From NCBI GenBank assembly GCA_002269645.1, contig NIVC01000746.1, positions 1 to 64,000 on the forward strand: a stretch of DNA of 64,000 bases, read 5' to 3'. Shown here piece by piece: positions 19,401-28,488 of the stretch (the first letter of the stretch is position 1; the number at the start of each line of letters is the position of its first letter). The stretch is from Macrostomum lignano (lineage: Eukaryota). The position numbers and the translations under genes are program-made. The notes under the pieces are model-generated. The model was not told the DNA's origin and searched no databases. It saw only the letters and a list, made by a program, of their open reading frames with translations.

Positions 19401-19848
19401 GTGGGTTTGGGGTCGGGTGGGGGTCTTTGGGGGGCCGTCTCCCCGTATTGGCCGGGTGGCCGGCCAATCCCGTGCGATGGCGGTAGAGGGGACCACTTTC
19501 CTACTACTAATAAAGATTGCAACTAGACTCATTCAACGTCCATACCGGTAGACTACCCAAGAGTTTCAATACCACACTATTCGAAGAGTCTCCTAAATTT
19601 AACGCATGAATTGATATAACTTCCAGGTTACGCAGTCTTGTCCATCATGAACTTGGACGTGCAGTTCAAAGAGATCTTCAACGGCGAATATCTTAAGCGA
19701 CACGAGGATGGCGTGCGCAGCTGCCAGGGGATTCCATGCGTTGCCATCACCGACAAGGTGCAGAAGGTGAAAGGGATGCGAAATCCCAAGTACTTCATTG
19801 TTGACGCGTGGAAATGCCGTCAAGACTTCGACGCCTGGTACAAGGCAG
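10484..19848 (+). CDS. Spliced host gene with two DUF1330-like repeats; exons 10484-10657, 11065-11236, 19627-19848 (possible upstream exon ending 10051; 3' end unresolved)
   Basis: AG/GT boundaries are phase-compatible (0, then 1). The joined translation gives KQYTGSLLGHCETIECIEGFWPKNQGLGVLLFECSKECQKWLYSD and a second unit GYAVLSI...DKVQKVKG..PKYFIVDAW....FDAWY, resembling the DUF1330 pattern (kyGGrfl..vevlEG.wp..vvvieF.s...A.aWy.S). Family call by eye. Confidence 0.65.
10749..11035 (+). mobile_element. tRNA-derived CORE-like SINE, family 1 copy A
   Basis: A box TAGCCTAGTGG (10757), B box GGTTCGATTC (10801), central segment GTGTCATTGAGCAAGACAC...CTTCAGTT...TGTAAAATGGG resembling the MIR CORE, (ATT)n tail; similar copies at 30786 and 38840. 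Confidence 0.8.
11491..11940 (+). repeat. Left terminal inverted repeat, with about 9 copies of a 34-bp GC-rich unit
   Basis: 11491-11536 is the exact reverse complement of 19463-19508; unit CCCCGACCCCAAACCCACCACCGCGACGCACCCA is tandem over ~11580-11875. Confidence 0.9.
12208..12395 (+). promoter_or_regulatory. Putative Pol II promoter of the PC4-like gene
   Basis: Direct repeat GGGGTTCGGATTGGTTATTGCTATGGAGC (~12208 and ~12323), each with an inverted CCAAT; TATATAA at ~12385, about 55 bp upstream of the ATG at 12440. Confidence 0.5.
12440..12819 (+). CDS. PC4/Sub1-like ssDNA-binding protein, probably two tandem PC4 domains with a frameshift near 12700-12735
   Basis: ISIRKWY..GEEYRPGLPGMELTVHQFCHL aligns with PC4 [28 protein letters not shown]. 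A second unit LGGNRQVVV..GVITLWR continues in another frame as ALPLPTTLWREV....VLDKID (stop 12819). Confidence 0.7.
12859..13050 (+). CDS. Small Polinton ORF of unknown function (63 aa, Trp-rich and acidic)
   Basis: ATG ORF directly after the PC4-like gene, followed by an AATAAA near 13179 in the AT-rich convergent terminator zone. Confidence 0.35.
   Translation: MGYHPTEPEECEAWAARLALDQLMQVPDRQPAEWEDHWEAFQAVQAEFRKRFTANSLHATSHQ
13370..13979 (-). pseudogene. TATA-binding-protein-like gene (both TBP repeats), disrupted by one frameshift (~13645-13660) and an in-frame TGA (13481-13483)
   Basis: Repeat 1: NIVTGADL...AVVMKSRQHRVTALVYPIGQVSVCGAKSLEE (TBP NIVSTVNL...[30 protein letters not shown]). 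Repeat 2, read by hand in the +1 frame: PLRLGEV...TYEPEMFNGLVL...LILLHSYR*IIAGARSVVEA...LTRIL (TBP PIRLEGL...SYEPELFPGLIY...LLIFVSGKVVLTGAKVRAE...IYPIL). Confidence 0.85.
13633..14490 (-). CDS. DEDD/DnaQ-like (Maelstrom-like) nuclease-fold protein; conserved part is about the first 145 aa
   Basis: IVIDFEGF, VIKEIA, YRPP.SF, RTCYWLT..HGLDW..G..PY, IFSKG..K.QFL, VYDL, CALDKV..YADWL match a motif series I recognise from Polinton-type ORFs. The remainder is low-complexity read-through over the TBP gene. Confidence 0.6.
   Translation of the reverse strand: MDQVAKMIVIDFEGFPHLYKTEDFVIKEIAWVEFACGQTTAHYYCYRPPHSFELFDRGQRRTCYWLTNKRHGLDWDRSGFRPYSCLWSDISHLQGPIFSKGDVKCQFLSRLLLQPVYDLAHLAFPSASKYVLPCALDKVTLYADWLRPRGYGSIKVTICSRHWRFSRLSKDGRNNSRDKHRDRSRSGDPGGSATTSEFHDSSSASASHNPPSPGSSSNTGSGDEEQAASSNRAGVSYRTSVCLWSQKPGGGSRRDGEDCEAVCGLLAIDQSAPDSHQDYYILVPL
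14025..14066 (-). promoter_or_regulatory. Putative TATA + CCAAT promoter of the TBP-like gene
   Basis: Minus-strand TATAAAAG at 14032-14025, about 46 bp upstream of ATG 13979; a CCAAT box at ~14058-14062 lies within the ADWL codons of the upstream ORF. Confidence 0.6.
14545..15063 (-). CDS. Conserved Polinton hypothetical protein
   Basis: EVSVNGKPLYNSNIVDLLHFIV...PPNGINEFVTCLQENHVP matches the recurrent Polinton motif G(S)NIVDL...P.G..EF...L...NVP. Confidence 0.65.
   Translation of the reverse strand: MYKKMIMVPRLQYEALVNQRGMETVCEPELEAEKQLRKIRDERCVQQLQASATQEQSPVIHKELQWKEMLYLTVNQKWHHRLQALITFITVKCKSISIDYIYEVSVNGKPLYNSNIVDLLHFIVKDTYSKYLQPPNGINEFVTCLQENHVPVCSWSEHYKIAGKASGRKVQS
15023..15355 (-). 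CDS. Small basic Polinton/adintovirus protein next to the ATPase (cupiennin-like)
   Basis: RRCILTYANKSTICFFVECIINLLAGKV...KRRRRRYRNTLRLVA resembles the conserved R.AIL..A...LI..I.EC..N.L.G.V...K..L...K..LR.LA pattern; located directly downstream of the ATPase. Confidence 0.6.
   Translation of the reverse strand: MDKHFALITVFCEGTISLRRCILTYANKSTICFFVECIINLLAGKVGCEDSLKRRRRRYRNTLRLVAQSKSVKEARRNLSHAHILRCLPLILTCIKRHVQENDNGAPVAV
15386..16093 (-). CDS. A32/FtsK-like genome-packaging ATPase (likely start MQSY at 16045)
   Basis: Walker A GPSRAGKST, Walker B LIVIDDL, FTREAHH, RTISINCTY..FNNPRD and YLLLDF.P, all typical of Polinton ATPases; ORF intact. Confidence 0.92.
   Translation of the reverse strand: MPCSSRPCIRQLWLKTMQSYSDSKISCKVFDSRLRIGSCMMVSGPSRAGKSTFCLRLLSQRLLLFDQPPKRMIWYHGCPQPELHATLRRLGVQVCEGLSNLDLQPHDLIVIDDLLDEAAASRELRHLFTREAHHKPCFVILITPNLFFKGREWRTISINCTYMLFFNNPRDTSAVQALSQQCFPKRLTLLVELMDRLVRDGDQRYLLLDFHPASPHELRLRANFLPDEAPQRVYL
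16002..16475 (-). pseudogene. Adenain-like capsid maturation cysteine protease, N-terminus fused to the penton remnant
   Basis: GHW, EIFKS (usually EYFDS) and QPSSSTLCGWYCIFYL motifs; no native start survives because homology begins at the deletion junction. Confidence 0.8.
16476..16611 (-). pseudogene. N-terminal ~45 aa of the minor capsid (penton) protein
   Basis: ANFTAELLHPVLLDSALDYELALLGISFY matches the Polinton penton start (ANFT..L..P..L...YEVAL..I.Y); its ATG overlaps the integrase stop (ATGA, 16608-16611). Confidence 0.7.
16608..17535 (-). pseudogene. Retroviral-like (c-)integrase with C-terminal chromodomain; 5'-truncated, with a frameshifting deletion near 16785
   Basis: WLRDQDVYTLHR, DDE triad in WELDL / TDRGKEF / VIERWN, KGYTRGWSEE. 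After the shift another frame reads GKFYEPEMQQV...WTIDKVL...RYLVQWRD...SWID to the stop at 16608. Confidence 0.92.
17940..18656 (-). pseudogene. Protein-primed family B DNA polymerase (pPolB), heavily deleted
   Basis: N-terminal region reads through a TAG (18324-18326) into ILNRIEKYLRNGSGW...YYLPHGAS, then jumps directly to the motif B region KNEFKKDCNKLLNNPLFGKTLENVRK...KT.V.LD..VYIG. Exonuclease, motif A and motif C are absent. Confidence 0.85.
19290..19508 (-). repeat. Right terminal inverted repeat
   Basis: Reverse complement matches the left end exactly for 46 bp and imperfectly beyond that, with only 1-2 copies of the 34-bp unit. Confidence 0.9.
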
Positions 19849-21741
19849 GTAAGAACTCCGAGGCGATTGTGCAACAAGAAAACCCAAGAATAGGATGACT
19901 GTATACACTGAGAGATGCCTACTTTAAGTAATTAGTGTTTGCTAGGAGCTAGGAGGAGAAAAGCAAAACTAGTCTATTCAGTGTAAAGTGCTTGAAACAT
20001 AGACGGCTCACAGCAGGGGCTTAGATTAATTAGACCGCTCGAATGATAACTTTCTTTAACAGGTAAATGTTAGTTAATTATCCGGGTATTCTTACCGTTT
20101 CTCTTTCGAGAACATCAGCTAAAGGTGAAATGGACACTCAAGACACTCAGGTTCTTTCATTTACTTTTATAGGGCTTTAGTTGACACAATTTGACCTTCA
20201 ATTGACATTACGCTGCTCACCACAAGTGTAGTTTGACATCCAGTTTATAAATAAGCGTCCAGAGGTGTATGTACCGTACACCTACACCGCATTCAACATA
20301 TTTAAATCTGCACGCAGAGAGCGAGACCGACAGCTGCGCACTTCGTCAGCAGACCGCTTCTGGAGAGCTCATTCTGGCCGAACTGAAGCGCCAAATTTGA
20401 TTTTTTATTTGTGAAAAGGATTGCACGCTCGTACTCGCACTTAATTCCTTAATATGGGTCTTGACTGCCTGTGACATTTGACTGCCAGTGACATTTGACT
20501 GCCAGTGACATTTGACTATGGTGGTCTACCGCCATGTGTATGAAGAAAAGCCAACCTTTTATAGAAACTCAGATCTCACCAAGAGTAGAGATTAAATATT
20601 GACTGTAGCCAAGTTAATTGCTTTATTCCGGGCATCGTCTGATAGATTTTATTTTTCTTCACTGAAATACTCGCACGTAAACCTAATCTGCTTGAAGTGT
20701 GAAAATAAACTTGTACTAAATCAATAAACTTCAAGTGCAACCTAAGGAATCAGATTATTTTATTTCTATTTGAAATTTTGAAACTGTCTATTCGATCTGT
20801 ATTGCAATCAGTTCTTGCAAGAAAATGTTAAAGGATTTGATTGTAAGCAACAGATCCTTTAATGAAGGTAGAAAATAACTTGCTCCGGCCTCTAACGCTT
20901 TTGGCAACCTCATGACTTGGCTCACTTCACGATAAGGTCACCGAGTCTGCGAATGTCACGCCTGCCTTGCTGAGAATCTTTAAATTGAATAGTCGACTAC
21001 GTTACGACGTAGTACTTGTACCTAATTACAGTGCTTAATCACTTAAAATAAACGGAAAAATATCCTTTAGATTTTTTACACAGCACCCAAGCTACGGCTT
21101 TGCTGTGGTGCTAAAGTTACTTTAGTAACGGAAGCTACTTTTTGATAGCATATATTAACGCGAACGGACCATATTTAATTTTTTAGGCAACGGAATAACG
21201 ACTTTGCGTTGCTTTTCTTTCACTTCCGTTACATTAAGCTACTTCCTTTTTTCTATTTTTCTACAGCTTTTCTACCGGATTTTTCACACACTTTCGCTTT
21301 ACTTAGGACAATCTTCAACTTGACTTTTTTTAAAGCGATTATGTTAAATTTACTAGATTATTTACCAGAATTATACTAAAATTGGTTTACTACTAGAAGT
21401 AATACTACTGGCACACTGACAATAAAAAAATGGATGGAAATTGATGGAAGGGAAATTGATAAAATGTAAATGCTCACACATGTATGTCGATCGCTGAGAT
21501 CTCAATTTCAATTGAAGTTATTGGTAGGCCAAGCATCAAAAGGAGAGTTAGAGAGTTACATGTAAGTCATACCTCAAAGATGCTTTGATGCCAAAGCTCA
21601 AAGCGGATGCTGATATCTTAGGCTAAATAGCCGGCTTTCGGGCTGCATGATGTTTTTTGCCTTAAACGGCATTTTCCTTAAGAAACTGACAATACTGATT
21701 GTAACAAAGTCGAGCGAAAGCTACATGTATAGTTAGTTACA

Positions 21742-22097
21742 AGGGGGGCCATAGCCCAGCGGTTTAGCGCAGGCTCTGATGTGCCAGCGACCCAGGCTCG
21801 ATTCCAAGTGCAGTCACATTAATTTGGGGCTGAATTGGAATCTCGGCTTGGCTCTGCTCGTGCAATTAACGGCCTTAAGAGCCAACCCCCAAGGCACAGT
21901 GAAGTGTAAATGCCTAACGATAAAATAAAGTTAGGGCCGCTGTAAACTCCTGTGTGAGTGTGTGCCTGCGTACGTATCCGCGCGCTTGTGTGCCTGCTCA
22001 GAGGAGTCGGCGGAATGGGCAGTAATGCCTCTCGCCGGTTGTGTGCCTATGTTGCTTAAAGTGCACCAGGTGCACACAACCCCCTGCTTTTAATAAA
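21742..22097 (+). mobile_element. tRNA-derived SINE, family 2
   Basis: A box TAGCCCAGCGG (21752), B box GGCTCGATTCC (21795), A-rich tail; body motif CCCCCAAGGCACAG..TGTA.ATGCCTAACG shared with 38665-38815, and CCCCC(A)AGGCACAG with 61860-62000 (minus). Confidence 0.65.
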
Positions 22098-22673
22098 AAA
22101 TGGATGTATAGTTTATTCATTTTTTAGTTCTTTTGCTTTGTGGTCCCCCAACGGGGGGGGGGCGAACATGGCTAGTCCATATACTATACAGTAAGTACAC
22201 GTATAAAGGAAAATAGACTTAGCGTTATTTTTTTCGATTATCGAATTTCTTACCAGCGCAAGTACGAGTATATTTGGTTCCCAAAAAAGAAGGCACCTAA
22301 AGCAGAAAAGACTATTTTTTCCTTTTTTAGCAAAACATTGCTTGGTGAGGAAGTGGCGATTTCGGGTGAAATGAAAATGAAAATATCAGTGAGCTCTGCT
22401 TACGTTAGCAAGCGATAAGGTTCACAAGGACCACTAAAATTAACGGATTTTAACGATATACACTGGAAAGTTCAAGTGACTCTTGAAAGTTTATAGCGTA
22501 TCTTAAATGGACATGAAAATACATGCAGGGTACAATAAAGTGAATAAAACAATTTTATCAGCTGAAAAATAGGGTTCTGGAAACAGCTTGAGTCGAATTG
22601 TTGAATAAAAGTTAAGTCAGAGCCAAGCCTAGCTCAGCCAGTTAATATAAATTTATTCCCAGGTGCTTGGAGT

Positions 22674-23338
22674 TTACAAGTCCCTTTTCAGACTGGCTTT
22701 ATAGAAGAATGACGTCGAATTGAAGAGGATGTTGTAGCCCAGCTTGCCTAGAATGTCCCTGTACACCGGATAGGAGGCCAGCAGGTAGGTCAGAGCGACT
22801 GTGTCGACAATCAGCAGGATCGCCAGCACCAGGATGATCTTCTCGTACTTGTCCAGCCGTTCGTTTGAGAAGATTTGACTCACTGAATGAGTAAGATGGT
22901 GGGGAAAATTTCTGTACTCGAGTTCGTAAATTTATGCACCAAATCAATCGGGGACTCAACAGATGATGAGTATTGGCCTTTAAAGAACAAGGATCCGAAC
23001 TACATAGGCTTAATGATTCACCAAAGCTGGGATTAGTTACGATTTCGATTCTCACCTGTCATTAGTTTCTTCATCAGGCGCACAAAGACTGAACTGGAGG
23101 TTCGGGCCGGCGCTTCCTCCACGACAGACAGTTGCTCTTTAAACTGGCGCAGCCGCAGCTGGTCCCAGCTGCTCTCCAGATCATCATCGACGAAAGCCGA
23201 GTCGGTGTCAGCCTGGTCGCAGTCCTCCAGACCGCAGCCGCAGTGGCTGGACTCGCAGCTACTTCGGCCGGTAAACGAGGATCTGGGCTGATCCGAGACA
23301 GACGGGAACTCGAATCCCAGAGAGTTCCGGCGCATCAT
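22674..23338 (-). CDS. Two-exon single-pass membrane protein (~163 aa); exons 23338-23056 and 22882-22674
   Basis: GTGAG donor and TTCAG acceptor join in phase 1 (MTV-SQIF); C-terminal hydrophobic segment IILVLAILLIVDTVALTYLLA. Confidence 0.6.
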
Positions 23339-24140
23339 ATTGTTGCAAGACAATCGTGCGTTATGCAAGCTTTACGTAGTTCACTTCTTCGATAAAGCTA
23401 TCACTGGCTTCGAGAGTAGCTGTGAATAAATACACTTCTCGGAACAATGTAGGATTAGTCACGATTAGCTAGCTCCCCTTTGAAATAGGCGTGCCTGATG
23501 CTTCATCAAATGGGGGGTGGCTGTTTGCAGAAGGGTGTGGAGATGCATATGCATGCGCACAGTTGAGTCAGAGTTCCCTCTCCTCTTCCTTCTCCACCCT
23601 GCGGAATCCAGGGAGTGAGCCATGGAAACCAAAATTGGTAGATCGATGGGGAGTTCTCTCTGCGTTCGCCTTCCTCCCAGCCATCTCCCGCGCTCATCGG
23701 TCTTAGAACAATGACTATAGGGCTTGCATGCCGGCAGGAGCTCGCGTACAGGTGCAGCCCCTAGATGCTGCTGTCATGGCAACTTGCCTTTGGGAATGAG
23801 GTTGAGGGATAGAAAAAAAGCTAAGTAAGGGGAAGGAATTCAACTCAATGAGATCCTCTGTTTGATTTAGGAAGTGGAGTTTGACGGAGCTGAGAGCTAT
23901 GACTTGTACATTTAAACAATGTACTAACCAACCAGCTCTTGAATGTGATGTCAGCCGTTCTAAAGGATGTCAGATAAAACACATGATGCACAATGTGCAG
24001 TTTATTTACGGCATCACAGTCTTAAAAATTACTTAAATTTGTCAAATAATATGAAAGCTCAAGAATTTTGCGATAGACAGAGTCAACTAATATTTTAAAT
24101 TTGAAAGCGTCGTTAGTTTAGATACGATCAGTATGGAATA

Positions 24141-24560
24141 TACGAGGGTGCTAAAAAGTTTCTGGACTATTTGATGGTTGCCCTGAGTAAAATTGAGTCT
24201 GATTAGACTAAAAATCTACTTATAACCAGCCTTAGTTATAATCCACCTGCGAGTGTACGTGAAATGGAGAGCGTGCGCATGGTATCCATAGTTCGTTCGT
24301 GTGCCGCATTCTGTAACACTTGCAAGGATACCTGAGCCGCGATGCTGTTCTGAGCAAGCCCTGCGTCAAAGACCCTTCATCCTTTTGGGACAATCGTGAC
24401 GTCATGCGGCCGCTCGGATGCAAGTCAAGGTGAAAGAGCTTGGTTTCCGCCAGTTGCACCACCCTGCCTACAGTCCTGACCTCGCCATCACCAACTATAG
24501 CTTTTCCCATATTCGGCCCGCGACGATGAAGATGCCAATCTGCGGCAAAATCTTTACGAA
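24141..24560 (+). mobile_element. Mariner-like transposase relic
   Basis: Plus strand reads ELGFRQLHHPAYSPDLAITNY (mariner HPPYSPDLAP motif) at ~24436-24500; TA-CGAGGGTG at 24141 resembles a mariner TIR start. Confidence 0.65.
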
Positions 24561-24963
24561 ATGAGATGAGGTCTTCATGCAGCCAAGAAATCCCTGCATA
24601 TCAGTTTGATGCCAATTTCTGGGAAGCTGGTTTGACGGGCTAATCAAAGGCTACATTACCATGTAGAGTGTATCTCTCTGAATAGTGATATGTGGATCGT
24701 ACGCTCCATCAGCTATCGTAGGCGGCAACAGGCGACAGTAGTGATTGCATGGTAGCTGTGAAATGGAAATTTCGCAACCTTAGAATTAATGAAAACCTAG
24801 AATTATTTTACATAATGTTTTAGGAAGACATAGATCAATTAATAAAAAATTCTTGCAAAATTCATTAAGGAAGTATACCAGAGGTGGGGCTTTTTATTAC
24901 AATTGGCAACCGAAAGACTCGAATCAGCGACTAGTTTAACTAAATTTACATATGTAATAGACG

Positions 24964-25149
24964 GGAAACTGGCCAAATCATACAGAAAATAGTTGGAGGC
25001 TTCACGGTTTTTCTAGCTGTGCTCCCTAGAACTTCTGTACAGGATGGCGAAAAAAACCCCAGCTTTCCACGTTCAATAATAAATTCTAGGGCGCACTAGA
25101 AAAAGCCAGCCTCTAACTATTTTTTGCGTGATTTGGCCATGCAGTTTCC
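24964..25149. mobile_element. Small fold-back (MITE-like) element
   Basis: GGAAACTGGCCAAATCA..AAAATAGTT.GAGGCT...TTTTCTAG...CCCTAGAA is mirrored by TTCTAGGG...CTAGAAAAA..AGCCTC.AACTATTTT..TGATTTGGCCA..GTTTCC; no clear TSD. Confidence 0.55.
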
Positions 25150-26569
25150 AAGTGTAGTCCCTGGCTTGAATACTCTTTCTGCGTACGAGATGATACTTTA
25201 AATCCAGTGATATCGAAAAAACAATTAATTCACCAGCTATATCGATTCTATAGATATTAAAAAATTAATATTAAAATAAACTTTCAGAGGCTCTTCATAT
25301 TGCTTGTTCTGGTTCTAGAACCAGAACCAATTTGTAAAGTATAACTTTTTGTCTCCTTAACTAGAGGGATATACTTGCTATAAACTCTTAATTATTGAAT
25401 GAAAATCGCCAAGAAGAAAGTGAAAAACTGTGCAAAGTGAGGCAAATATTAACAGAGTTAAATAGTTATACTGCTGTTTTTCTTGGAAGATCCGAACCCA
25501 TTCTGGAGGCTTAAAGTAAGAAATCAGCACCCTCAGTGAGCAGTGGGTATATTCAATAATATTAATAACAAGTCTATGAGTAGTATTTGTAGACATAGAC
25601 GTCATAGCAGTATAAAATATTTTATATTACGAATTTTCTTCTACCTAAATGCTAAAAAGCACTAAGTTTTGTTTTACTTGACACAATAAGTCATTATTCA
25701 AATGTTGAAATATATTAATTTCGTCACTTTCATGGTTTCAAATTGACAGATCATCTTAAATCAGCTGACTTACCCTAGACCTGGAAAGGCCCAGGTCGGA
25801 GGAGTGAGATCAAGTTTTCTCACATTCAGATTTTAGTAGTGGATAAATTATCAGTACTTTATTCAATCTGTTTGTTTGTCATGTCACCGAGTTGACTTGT
25901 ACTTGGCCTAGGCCTACACAGCCCAGCTGAGCTCTGCTGCACTGTGCATTTCTGTAAATTTTTTCAACTAGAGCGTATCGCCCTACACCCTAGGCACATC
26001 CGCCTCCGTTACATCCACGATCCACGAAATTAAATTAGACATGGGCCTAGGCCTACTCATTGCCTTTTCAAATTTTCACTCAAACCTTTATTAGTTTAAA
26101 TATTTAGTAATCTAGGTCTACAAGTTAGCTTTCTAGGCCTATTTCTAGGTATTGATTTCTAATTCTGATAGGCAACTGTAGGCCTAACATTAACTGTTTT
26201 AGGCCTACGCTTATCTATATGCATGTATTGTGAATGATGCAACTTTCAATTTCATTCTGCACAAAAAAGCTGCTTCAAATTCTGCAATAGGCCCTAATGT
26301 AGGCCTAAATAAATACACATTGTAATGTGTTGCTTATTACATTGCAGAATTTAATATAGGGCCTAGCTTTTACAGGATTTAATTTTATGTAATTAAAATA
26401 TTTTTTTATTAAGTGAATATGTTTTTGTTTTAAATTTAGTCTTAAAAAGTCTTAATTTAATCAGTATTTTGGATAACAATATCATTAACATTGCTTAACT
26501 TAAATAATTTCAATAAATAATTACCATTGAAGTTTGTAAATTTTCTTTGTTTGAACTAAAGAAACTACA

Positions 26570-27830
26570 ATATTTATATAAGTTAAAGTCATTTCAATAG
26601 TCAGCCTATATATATTTAGTTTTAGAAAGCAATCATTTCAATGAAGCTTTAATAGAAAAATGATTATTTCAAAACTATAAAAGAAAGGTAGTTTTTTATA
26701 TGATTGTGCCTTTATATTATTTAAATCATACATTCGCAACCCCCTTGATTTATACTAGCTATGCAACTTACTTTTTGACCAAAAAATGTGACTTACCTAT
26801 GAAAGAAACCCTAGAGCAACATTAACACAATTTTGGATAAATGGCAGGAGTAACTATAACTGTCTTATAAGAGCTAAATTTCTCATCATCTAATTAGTAC
26901 TACATCTGTATTCTTTGGGATGGGCATTTTTGCGACTTACCCCTGGTCCACCACAATTTATGATGGCCAGATCGGCCAGGTCAGCTAGCAGTTGCGCATG
27001 TATGATTTAAATACTAAATAGTCATCCTGTCTATATTCAATTTTGGAAGGCAATCATTTCAATGAAACTTTTACACTGGAATAATCACATTCCAAAACTA
27101 CAAAGCTTTGTAATCTCTTTCAATTCTTTATTTAAATAGTTCTCTTTGCACTATTTATAGAATAAAAGCAGATGCCTCTTAAAGTGAAGGCCTCTTGAGT
27201 AAGACATTAGAAATAAAAAGTTCTATAGTTTTAGAAAAAAGAAAGAAGGAGAAAGAACAGAAAGGGAAAAGAAAAGAAAAAAGATAACATTTGCCCTTGG
27301 CCTTAGCTATATAGTCTCTGCAACCTGAATAATAGCATTTTATATAGTGGCTTAGGGTAGTAGGCCTCCAACTTGATAATATGGCTAGCTAGGCCCCTAG
27401 TCAATATCATTGCCTATGTAGTAGGCTAGAAAGCTAAATTAGATATGCCCTTGTATAAAGTGTGGCATTGGCCTCATTGTCTAGACTAATGCATACTCCA
27501 AATACTATATCTAGCATGGTTATATATGCAATATCTAGCTGTCTCTTTAAGGCATCTATCAGGGTCCAGTTATCAATATTATGCAACATAGTTTTTGGCC
27601 AAAAATGTGACTTACATATAAAAGAAACCCTAAAGCAAAATTAACGCAACTTTGGATAAATGGCAGGAGTAACTATGACTATCTTATTAAGGCAAAATGG
27701 CTTGTTATCTACTTAGTACTACTTGGGTATTTATTTGGGTGGGCATTTTTGCAACTTACCTTGGTTTGGCCACCAAGTCTGTTTGCTAGATTAGCCAACT
27801 TGGCTGACTGTTGCGCATGTATAGTGGAAC
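26570..27830. repeat. Diverged direct duplication in an AT-rich intergenic region
   Basis: GCAATCATTTCAATGAA at ~26630 and ~27050; AAAAATGTGACTTAC...TTTGGATAAATGGCAGGAGTAACTAT at ~26780 and ~27600. Confidence 0.6.
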
Positions 27831-28488
27831 TCAACAAAATAGTTTGTTAATTTTCTAGTTTTTCATACACTTTTTATAATATTGTGACCAAGGTTTAAAT
27901 ATGTGCATAACTGCATAGATTTTTAGTATAATAGAAAGGTATAAAAAAGAATAGCACTTTTGACCCTAGTGCCTATATTACAACGTTAATGCTTTAAAAA
28001 CAGTTGCAAGTTTGAAGAAGATTGGTTATGCCATTTATTTTGAAATCTATTATACACATACAAGTATATAGGACAAGCTTAAATGACAGAATCGATCTCC
28101 ATATTGATTAATTTGATTATACAAATATCTATAATAGCTTTACTTATTATTGTACTTTAATAAAGATATACAACTATTAATTTAAAAAGAATTCTAGGTT
28201 TTTAGCCTAATTTTTGGTATTTTCCAAGTCAGATAAAAAAGAAGTTTGCTTTTGGCTAACTATCAATAAATTCATTGATTGCATTCAGTTAGACAAAGTT
28301 AAATGAAAAAATCAGAATTGAATTGAATAGAATAGAATTTGAATTGAAGCATCCATTACTACAGAATCCAATGTTAACTCCTGGTTGCAGTGCAGCACTC
28401 ACTAGCAGAGCCGCAGTCCAATAGCACACAGAGTGCTCTCTGACTCTGCTTGGCAAACAGACCTATAGTATTAGCCTAGTCAGATCCA

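Larger units (their letters stand above)
11491..19508 (-). mobile_element. Polinton/Maverick-type element, 8,018 bp, internally deleted (non-autonomous)
   Basis: Termini AGTAGTAGG...CCTACTACT; first 46 bp are perfect inverted repeats; identical 6-bp TSD AATAAA at 11485-11490 and 19509-19514; contains retroviral-like integrase, A32-like ATPase, adenain-like protease, pPolB fragments and a penton N-terminus. Confidence 0.95.

Noticed and set aside
26570-27830. LTR pair
   Set aside because: The direct repeats are patchy, with no TG...CA ends, PBS/PPT or internal coding remnant.
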